From an uncultured virus (IMG/VR IMGVR_UViG_3300008108_007691) (Duplodnaviria > Heunggongvirae > Uroviricota > Caudoviricetes): a stretch of 64,000 nt of DNA. The notes below the pieces were generated by a model. It did not search any database, was not told the origin of the DNA, and was given only the letters and a program-made list of their open reading frames with translations. The DNA lies in IMG/VR virus record IMGVR_UViG_3300008108_007691, positions 1 to 64,000 of that record, one strand, 5' to 3'. Positions 50,101 through 57,258 of the stretch are shown here, piece after piece. The position numbers and the translations under genes are program-made. Within the stretch, counting starts at the first letter, position 1; every line of letters begins with the position of its first letter.

Positions 50101-52218
50101 AACACAGCAAGCGGTTTAAGATCTTTCATAGGAAACGGAATTGAGAATTCTGCAAAAACAGTTACATCAATAATAATTAATGGTAGAGCAAATCTTGCTG
50201 ATGGATTCAGAGCTTCAATTATCAATGGACAATACAATGTAGCAGATGGAGAACTTTCTATAATTAATCAAGGAATATATAACAACGCTAATTCTAAATA
50301 TTCTTCAATAATAAATGGCTCAGGAAATACTGCTACGCAATTTTTATTTCCAACCATTGTTAATGGAAGAGATAATAAAGCATCTGGAAAACATTCTTTT
50401 ATAGGAAATGGATATAACAATTACGTAGATAATTCTTATACATCAATTTTAAATGGTAATTCAAATACTGCGATTACACAATATGCCACAATTGTAAACG
50501 GTAAATACAATTCAGGAAAAACTAAATTTTTTATTATTGGTGGAGGATATAAAAATTCAACATTTGCAAGTTCCTATCTGACCAGAGGATATCAATTCAT
50601 TGGAAATGGAAGTGGAAATACTGCCAAAGGAGGTTTTTCAACAATAGTAAATGGAAAAAACAATTCCACAAAAGATTTAACAAATTTTGCTTATTCTTTT
50701 ATAGGTAATGGGGCTTACAACTATGTAAATTCTTATGATAATAATTCTTCATTTAGTACAATACTTAATGGTTCTGGAAATACAACAAAAGGAGCTTTCA
50801 ATGTTATAACAAACGGACAAAATAATACGGCATTTACATCTAATGTAAATTTTGGATTTTCGTTTATAGGAAATGGACAAAATAATTTTTCAAATTTTGG
50901 TAGATTTAATTTCTTTGGAACTGGTAAATTTAATACAGCCGTAAATGGTTTCTATACTACTATAATTAATGGCGAATATAATTATATTGGAAATAGCAAA
51001 TCGAAGTCAAGTATTTTTAATGGAACTGGCAACACAATTAAAACTGATTATTCAACTATCGATAATGGTAGAAATAACTTTATAATAAATGGTAATTTTT
51101 CATCAATAGTAAATGGTTCTGGAAATACAGCAAGTACTTCATATAGTTTAATTTTAAATGGTCAACACAATATAGCATACGGAGTATCAGCCTATGATTT
51201 TAATACTATTATAAATGGAAAACACAACAGAGCATCTAAATATTATAGTTTAATTGGAAGCGGAAGATTTAATACAGCTAATTCGCGTTTCTCTACTGTA
51301 ATAAACGGTTCTGGAAACACAGTACATTATGGTAGAAAATATCATTTAATAGGTAATGGTCGTGGAAATTTCATAAGTGCAGGCCCATCAGTATCAACAA
51401 TTTTAAATGGATATGATAATTTCATCAGACCAAATAATGCTGGTTTTTCATCTGAAAATTCAATTATTGGTGGATCTGGAAACACCGTTGGAACAAGATC
51501 AGGATTACCTCCAAATGTGTATAGTTTGGGTCATACTATATTGGGTGGCAGAAACAATCAAATAGCTGATTATAGACACAGTACAATATTAAATGGAATT
51601 AATAATTTAATAACTTTAAATAATGGTGGATATAATTTAATTGGTGGTGGTAAACAAAATACTATTTATCATGCTAGATTAACAAATAGCTTAGGATTTA
51701 ATACAGTTTTAGCTGGTTGGTTAAACAGGGTAGGATTTTCTAGTCCTACACCATCTGGTACACGGTATGACACTAAGTTCTCTCAAGTATTAAATGGATA
51801 TATAAACACAGCAAGAACTCAATTCACTACAATTATAAACGGCAGAGTTAATTTAGTAGGTAAAGATAGAGGTGTAATAGACTCTACTTATTCTGCAATT
51901 TTTAGTGGATCCGCAAATACAGTTTATGGAAGCACTTCTATTATTGGAAACGGTAAATCTAATTTAATATCCGGATCAACTTCAGCAATTCTAAATGGAT
52001 TAACAAATGATATTTACTCAAATTATTCAGCAATTGTAAATGGTAAAATTAACAGAGTTATCAAAAATAACGCATTTAATTCTACTTATTCTGGCATTTT
52101 CAATGGTTCAGGAAATACTGTTTTTGGAGATTTATCATTTATTGGAAATGGTACATCTAATTTAATATCGGGATCAACTTCAGCAATTTTAAATGGTTTT
52201 ACAAATTTTTATTGGTAA
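47164..52218 (+). CDS. giant tail fibre or adhesin-like beta-solenoid protein, N-terminal part
   Basis: Dozens of ~14-aa S-x-I-x-N-G-x-x-N repeats; internally duplicated SAGTAIEI...IRHTLWE.GRT module. Confidence 0.75.
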   Translation: MVELLGPEGVNFFGRRGVNAADPLHDKDVVNLRSLRYYLDEFSASTGGKTGTVSISTLGNGFPVFAGRTGVTYYFRSFSAGTNLGISTGNVITYYLQPNISVSGLTASTIQVSSLSGNCNDIVTLDCFGNLTTSANTTVFYTNLSAGTAIEIISGSNIVTIRHTLWETGRTNTGGYSSYFMPVQLQRGNHITDADWALVAGSGNTNYSKFGNILGGRKNFLSSSTYSFIGNGTYNSGYTSQYSFIGNGSLNFISNNSRFSSILNGTGNSVYGYYSTVVGGYSNLSSGFTSFIGGGVNNYTNGNSSLVVGGNSNYSYSNFASIIGGSGNRSYGGFSLIGNGFSNSGLSAYTTVVNGSNNLANERFSIITNGYNNISTKPYSFIGNGLYGKNNTRFGSILNGAYNSLSASSDYGTIINGSGNTIDDGYFNTIIQGTDNYIKNSSKSSIKNGSSNSALTTNFFSILNGKENYVKYSNYSSIDNGKQNRGYVIYYSSIKNGNQNYIGIFNYADIINGYKNKLSRVYLYSGIGLPEHSNILAGKFNSGYSSYSNVINGRYNFVKSKQSLIGSGIYNQIGDKVYHDKTLRYSSILNGLYNQIFSFSPTLDELVYPPSINFLLTTNVNSTILNGIQNTATSSFTTILNGTNNLNIGVNSLIGNGHKNKIYGSFYSIIQNGVYNLISGSSINCSLVLNCNKNSYFNSIFNGSNNRIYSNDKNLETRYNSIINGKNNYIPTGNTYYSTIINGLNNSIFKSGSTITGGKNISIALTADTTAVPYLRITNIYQGPPTPFQFLTIDNNGYVFKTGITIPGGYGLTFNNLGNAGSPDGNIYSNQNLGVVYLRTISAGTNVQVIRSLNNNYITINVTGQTAPNISAGTAIEIVTGLTLNDTFGIRHTLWESGRTSTSTYAAATMAVQLQKGDNQASSNFALVAGKSNSGLSQYSTIIGGYQNLIESGSKYSFIGSGIKNTGSSNWSTIINGSGNTASGLRSFIGNGIENSAKTVTSIIINGRANLADGFRASIINGQYNVADGELSIINQGIYNNANSKYSSIINGSGNTATQFLFPTIVNGRDNKASGKHSFIGNGYNNYVDNSYTSILNGNSNTAITQYATIVNGKYNSGKTKFFIIGGGYKNSTFASSYLTRGYQFIGNGSGNTAKGGFSTIVNGKNNSTKDLTNFAYSFIGNGAYNYVNSYDNNSSFSTILNGSGNTTKGAFNVITNGQNNTAFTSNVNFGFSFIGNGQNNFSNFGRFNFFGTGKFNTAVNGFYTTIINGEYNYIGNSKSKSSIFNGTGNTIKTDYSTIDNGRNNFIINGNFSSIVNGSGNTASTSYSLILNGQHNIAYGVSAYDFNTIINGKHNRASKYYSLIGSGRFNTANSRFSTVINGSGNTVHYGRKYHLIGNGRGNFISAGPSVSTILNGYDNFIRPNNAGFSSENSIIGGSGNTVGTRSGLPPNVYSLGHTILGGRNNQIADYRHSTILNGINNLITLNNGGYNLIGGGKQNTIYHARLTNSLGFNTVLAGWLNRVGFSSPTPSGTRYDTKFSQVLNGYINTARTQFTTIINGRVNLVGKDRGVIDSTYSAIFSGSANTVYGSTSIIGNGKSNLISGSTSAILNGLTNDIYSNYSAIVNGKINRVIKNNAFNSTYSGIFNGSGNTVFGDLSFIGNGTSNLISGSTSAILNGFTNFYW

Positions 52219-54064
52219 TGGTAGAAGCAATTTAATTTCAGGTGCAACATCTTTAATTGGAAATGGACAAGATAATGAAATTTTCTCTAGTTATTCAACA
52301 ATTATAAATGGTTCTGGAAATACCACACATCGATTGACTACACAAAGTTCTATAATTGGTGGTATAAGTAATTATATAAGTGGGCAGAATACCACAAATA
52401 TATTTGCATTAATAGGCCAAGGATTTTTGAATAGAATAATACCAACAAGAGGTGCTGGTTATAGTTTTCCATTCTCAATTTACCAACCTGAATTTGCAAC
52501 CATTTTGAATGGTACTGGAAATACAAACAAAACAAAATTCAGTACAATACTAAATGGTAAGGATAATTATATTGAATCGAGAGGCGGTAACGGCAATATG
52601 CCAAAAACCGGTTATACAACCATTGTGAACGGAGTTGCAAATACAGCTATTACAAAACATGTATTTATAGGTACTGGAGTTGAAAATTATGCTGGTATTT
52701 TTGCAAATCAAGGAAATCAAGGCTATAATGTAATTGTTAATGGCGTTCAAAATAAAGTTGTTAGAAAATGGGGCTCTATCTTAAATGGTTTCAAAAACTC
52801 AGCAACAACTTTTTATTCTACAGTTATAAATGGAGAATATAATTTAGCTAATGGAATAAAAACTTTCATAGCTCAAGGGTCTGGAAATACAGCAGGCTTT
52901 AATACTTATGCAACTATAATAAACGGTAAAAATAATACAGCAAGTGGAATTGGTAGTTTTATAGGAAATGGTTCTGGAAACACAGCAATAAATACATATT
53001 CATCAACCATAAATGGTATAAGTAATAAAGCTACTGGAATAGGAAGTTTTATTGGAAATGGTCTTTCAAACACAACTCTAGGACAATATTCAGCGGTCGT
53101 TAATGGTCAAGAAAATATTACAAATGCAATTAGATCAGCAATTCTAAATGGTTCAGGAAATACTGTTAGTGCAGGTTCAACTAATTCATCAATAGTTGGA
53201 GGTTCTGCAAATATTATAAATTCAAATGTAACAAACGCAGTAATTTTAGGAAGCACTGGTCTTTCATTATCAAATCCTTCTTCATCATCAACTGGAAATG
53301 ATAACAATCATACATATGTAGATTATCTTAGAATAAGGAACACACCAAACGGTGGAACAAAATTCCTTACCATAGATGCTAATGGATATGTTTATTCTTC
53401 AACAAGTGGAGGTGGTGGCGGTACATCAGGCTCTTCTGGTAGTTCCGGTGCAGCAGGTACATCAGGTTCCTCTGGTAGTTCAGGGAGTCGTGGTACATCT
53501 GGTTCTTCTGGTAGCTCTGGATCAAGTGGAACTTCTGGTACAAGTGGTACAGATAAGGGATTAATAGCTGCAAACTCTGGCTATATAAACAACCCTAATG
53601 CAAATAGATATTATGTAGGTAATTCAATAGATGGAGGCTGGAATGCTGTTCCTTGGGATTTACAAGCAGGAATTAATGCCCCAGCAACTTTAACTGATAA
53701 TTCAGATTTCAATTGTGGTGTTCCTTTACCAAGAGATATTGGGACCTCTTATAAAATTAAAGTTTGTGGAATGGCTTATTCAAGAGGAGCTGTAGGTGTA
53801 TCGAGAAATTTGACAGTTCAATTGTCTTACCTATTATGTTCCGACTTTGCTATAGATGCAAGATCAACAAAAGCAATAGCAGACAATGAAGCAACACCCG
53901 TAGGTTTTAATTCAACAAGTGGACATGCATGTTTTTCAGTAAGTGCAAATGCTCCGGTAGATTTATTAGCATGTGAAACATTTCTTTATGTGGGATTTCA
54001 AGTAGATAATACCTTGGGAAATACTTTAGAATTTTCTTATACAATTAGCTATGAACCTGCTTAA
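52193..54064 (+). CDS. giant tail fibre, C-terminal part (+1 frame continuation of 47164..52218)
   Basis: The same repeats continue across the frame change; neck YLRI...FLTID.NGYV; Ser/Gly repeats; C-terminal domain. Confidence 0.7.
   Translation: MVLQIFIGNGRSNLISGATSLIGNGQDNEIFSSYSTIINGSGNTTHRLTTQSSIIGGISNYISGQNTTNIFALIGQGFLNRIIPTRGAGYSFPFSIYQPEFATILNGTGNTNKTKFSTILNGKDNYIESRGGNGNMPKTGYTTIVNGVANTAITKHVFIGTGVENYAGIFANQGNQGYNVIVNGVQNKVVRKWGSILNGFKNSATTFYSTVINGEYNLANGIKTFIAQGSGNTAGFNTYATIINGKNNTASGIGSFIGNGSGNTAINTYSSTINGISNKATGIGSFIGNGLSNTTLGQYSAVVNGQENITNAIRSAILNGSGNTVSAGSTNSSIVGGSANIINSNVTNAVILGSTGLSLSNPSSSSTGNDNNHTYVDYLRIRNTPNGGTKFLTIDANGYVYSSTSGGGGGTSGSSGSSGAAGTSGSSGSSGSRGTSGSSGSSGSSGTSGTSGTDKGLIAANSGYINNPNANRYYVGNSIDGGWNAVPWDLQAGINAPATLTDNSDFNCGVPLPRDIGTSYKIKVCGMAYSRGAVGVSRNLTVQLSYLLCSDFAIDARSTKAIADNEATPVGFNSTSGHACFSVSANAPVDLLACETFLYVGFQVDNTLGNTLEFSYTISYEPA
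53407..53551 (+). repeat. coding Gly-Ser/Thr triplet repeat (GTSGSSGSS)n
   Basis: Gly at every third residue; codons are diversified. Confidence 0.85.
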
Positions 54065-54084
54065 AAAAATAAATAAATACTAAA

Positions 54085-54402
54085 ATGATAGACGCAACAA
54101 CAGGACAAACAGTTTATGAAATAGTTCAATCGTTTGATACCAATAATAATCCGGTATCTGCTGCAACTTTTGATTTGAATTTCTATGTGAATGGCCAAAT
54201 CTCAAACACAATAATACCTGATATAAATCTAATAAATCAGAGTGCTGCTACTTTTTCGGTAAGTTGGTCTTCTGACACTTATGGTTATCATCAATTTTAT
54301 TTGAGAAATCAAACAACAAATGTTATGTATGTTTCAGAATTATACAATGTTAATTCTGGTGCAACTGTAAATTCTCAACCTATAGTATATGTAGGTTTAT
54401 AA
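54085..54402 (+). CDS. small putative virion protein
   Basis: 105 aa, beta-rich, with the same composition as the structural block. Confidence 0.55.
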   Translation: MIDATTGQTVYEIVQSFDTNNNPVSAATFDLNFYVNGQISNTIIPDINLINQSAATFSVSWSSDTYGYHQFYLRNQTTNVMYVSELYNVNSGATVNSQPIVYVGL

Positions 54403-54419
54403 TCATTCAATTTTTCTAT

Positions 54420-54452
54420 AATAGCTCTATTTTTAATAATAGAGCTATTTAT
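54420..54452 (+). promoter_or_regulatory. 12-bp inverted repeat overlapping a candidate late promoter (possibly also a terminator)
   Basis: aatagctctatt-N6-aatagagctatt; TATTTAT ends 5 nt before the terminase ATG. Confidence 0.55.
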
Positions 54453-54457
54453 TTTAG

Positions 54458-57199
54458 ATGACACCTCAAGAGATACAAGAATATATTAAATGTGCAAAAG
54501 ATCCAGTTTATTTTCTAAATAACTATGGATATGTTTATGATATTAGAAAAAGCAAAGTAGATAAATTATCTTGTTTTGAGTATCAAGAGAATGTATTGAA
54601 AAATTACATAAAATATCAGAATAATATTATTCTAAAATCAAGACAATGTTTACCAGAAGATACTTTTATAAGTACACCAGATGGGCCAAAAAAAATAAGT
54701 GAAATAAACAAAGGAGATATAGTATATTCATTCAATTTAAATAAAAATAAATATGAATTAGATACGGTTTATGATCATTGGGAATGCGGAGAAATAGAAT
54801 CTGTAAAAATAAAATTAAAAGATTCAAGAAATATTGTTGTTGGTGAAAATCACCCTTTTTTCATAAAAAATAAAAACAAATGGGTATCAGCAAAAGATTT
54901 AGAAATTGACGATGAAATTTTAGATCAAAAATTTCAATTTGGGGAAATTGAAGCTGATATAAATGAAATAAAATTGTTAGCTTATCTCATAACGGATGGA
55001 AGTACAATCAAACAAGTAAAATTTACAAACAACAATATTGATTATCTAAAAGAATTTGAAGAATCAATAAATTATATTTTTCCAGAATTAAGTTTAAGAA
55101 AAATACCAAAACTAAAAGGATTCGATTATTTACCTCATCAAAAGCATGGGGTTAATACCAAAAGTCCAATCATGGAATGGTGTGAAAATAAAAAAATAGC
55201 TGGAAAGAAAACAGAAAATAAAATATTACCTCAAGAAGTTTTTTATTGGAATAAGAATTCATTATCTATTTTATTAAATAGAATGTTTGCAGGAGATGGT
55301 TGGATAAGTATTTTAAAGAAAAAAACAAATAAAAGATTAGAAATAGGAATAGCTTCCCCAAGCAAGGAATTTTTAGAACAAGTAAAATTTTTATTAAAAA
55401 AATTTGATATTAAATGTAATATTTATGAAGTTAAAAATATGAAACTTCAAAAAAATCCTTTTTTTAAATTAAGAATAACTCACTCCAAAAGCATATCAAA
55501 ATTTATTAATGATATAGGAATTTATAAAAAAATAAATTCAGAACACGTTTCAATTTCAAATTCAAGAAAACATGATGTAAAAGATCAATCAAAAGTTAGA
55601 AAAATAGAGAGAGTTGGAAAAATTAATTGTTATGACATTTCAGTAACTAAAAATGAAAACTACTTTATTGATGGTCTTTTAGTTCACAATACAGGACTTT
55701 CTGTAATCACAGCAGGCTTTGTAGTTTGGATGTTATTGTTCAAAATGGACCAAAGAATATTAATTGTTGCAAACGATGGTGCTGGAGCAATTCGTTTTTT
55801 AAGTACCGTTAAACAATATTTTCAATTTCTTCCTAAATTTTTATTTGATCCAGATACACAATCTGAAAAAGACAATGAAAAATTCTTTTCATTGAAAAAT
55901 CCAGAAGGTAAAATATCATGGGTAAAAGCAGTTGCAAGTTCCAAAAATGCAGGTCGTGGAGAATCATTAACAATGTTGATATTGGATGAGACTGCGTTTA
56001 TAGAGAATGCAGAAGATATTTGGATGGCTGCTGGTCTTGCTTTATCTGCAACACAAGGTAAATGTATCATGATAAGCACTCCACAAGGCACGGGGAACCT
56101 ATATCATAGAACTTGGGTTGGAACAAAAAAGAGTGAAAATGATTTTATACCATTTGAAATACATTGGACTCAACATCCTGTTTATTGTAAAGAAATGGAG
56201 GAAAAAATTAATGATTATGGTCAAAAATATTGGACAAGTCCATGGTATGAAAAAGAATGTGAACGATTACAGTATGATAGGGTAAAAATCGCACAAGAGT
56301 TAGATTTGTCATTTGAGGGTTCAAGACAATTGGTTATTGAAAGTGCTATTATTGAAAAATACAAAAGATCTATTATAAACGAAAAACCAGAATTTTATTA
56401 TGATTATACAAGGTCTGAAGAAAGATTTATCAATACAAAAACAAATTTTTGGGTTTGGAAAAAACCAGAATATGGAAAAAACTACATTGTGGGCGGAGAC
56501 GTTGCAAGAGGCGATTCAAAAGACTTTTCAACATTACAAGTTTTTGACGCTGATACATGTGAACAAGTAGCAGAGTATCAAGGTAAAATTCCACCAGATG
56601 TATTTGGAAGCTTAATTGATAAAGTTGGACGTGATTATAATAATGCTTATTTGGTAATCGAATGTAATAGTTTTGGTTTAGCAACAACTTTGAATATAAA
56701 AAATAGTCTTAAATATCCAGAAGACAGAATTTATCATTCAAAATCAATAAAAGACATTATAAATCCGGTAGCAAAAGTTAAAATCAAAGAGAATGATGAT
56801 ATTCCCGGTATTCAAACAACTCAGGTAACAAGACCTTTAATTATAAGCAGTTTAAATTCTTATATGAGAGAAGGAAAGATTAAGATAAATTCAGTGAGAT
56901 TACTGGAGGAATTTGATACTTTTATATATAATGGCAATAAACCAGAACATGCTGATGGATTTAATGATGATTTAATTTTTGCTTTGGGAGTATTACTTTT
57001 TGTAAGAGATACTGAATATTTCAAACATTTTGCCAGTAGAGATTTATACAAAGCTATGATTGGTGCGATTTCGAACCAAAAAACTGAAATCGGAGATAAA
57101 ATAGATTTTGATTCCAAACCAACAGAGGGTATTATTTTGACGAGTCAAAACAGAAAATCAGACGATGATAATGATTTGAGCTGGTTGATGTCTGGATAA
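54458..57199 (+). CDS. terminase large subunit (T4 gp17-like) with intein
   Basis: KCAKDPVYF, KSRQ|TGLS Walker A, LILDETAF, STPQG, GGDVARG..KDFS, DDLIFA. Confidence 0.93.
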   Translation: MTPQEIQEYIKCAKDPVYFLNNYGYVYDIRKSKVDKLSCFEYQENVLKNYIKYQNNIILKSRQCLPEDTFISTPDGPKKISEINKGDIVYSFNLNKNKYELDTVYDHWECGEIESVKIKLKDSRNIVVGENHPFFIKNKNKWVSAKDLEIDDEILDQKFQFGEIEADINEIKLLAYLITDGSTIKQVKFTNNNIDYLKEFEESINYIFPELSLRKIPKLKGFDYLPHQKHGVNTKSPIMEWCENKKIAGKKTENKILPQEVFYWNKNSLSILLNRMFAGDGWISILKKKTNKRLEIGIASPSKEFLEQVKFLLKKFDIKCNIYEVKNMKLQKNPFFKLRITHSKSISKFINDIGIYKKINSEHVSISNSRKHDVKDQSKVRKIERVGKINCYDISVTKNENYFIDGLLVHNTGLSVITAGFVVWMLLFKMDQRILIVANDGAGAIRFLSTVKQYFQFLPKFLFDPDTQSEKDNEKFFSLKNPEGKISWVKAVASSKNAGRGESLTMLILDETAFIENAEDIWMAAGLALSATQGKCIMISTPQGTGNLYHRTWVGTKKSENDFIPFEIHWTQHPVYCKEMEEKINDYGQKYWTSPWYEKECERLQYDRVKIAQELDLSFEGSRQLVIESAIIEKYKRSIINEKPEFYYDYTRSEERFINTKTNFWVWKKPEYGKNYIVGGDVARGDSKDFSTLQVFDADTCEQVAEYQGKIPPDVFGSLIDKVGRDYNNAYLVIECNSFGLATTLNIKNSLKYPEDRIYHSKSIKDIINPVAKVKIKENDDIPGIQTTQVTRPLIISSLNSYMREGKIKINSVRLLEEFDTFIYNGNKPEHADGFNDDLIFALGVLLFVRDTEYFKHFASRDLYKAMIGAISNQKTEIGDKIDFDSKPTEGIILTSQNRKSDDDNDLSWLMSG
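54647..55690 (+). mobile_element. contiguous intein with LAGLIDADG endonuclease (348 aa)
   Basis: CLPEDT...ENHPF...LLAYLITDG...RMFAGDG...CYDISV...LVHN/T. Confidence 0.93.
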
Positions 57200-57258
57200 A
57201 AATCTATAATTATATGATTTGCTAATCAATTTAATTAATTTAAGAGATATTTATTATT

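Noticed and set aside
53407..53551. GC-richer repetitive patch as foreign DNA or an array
   Set aside because: It is an in-frame Gly/Ser/Thr coding repeat within the fibre gene.
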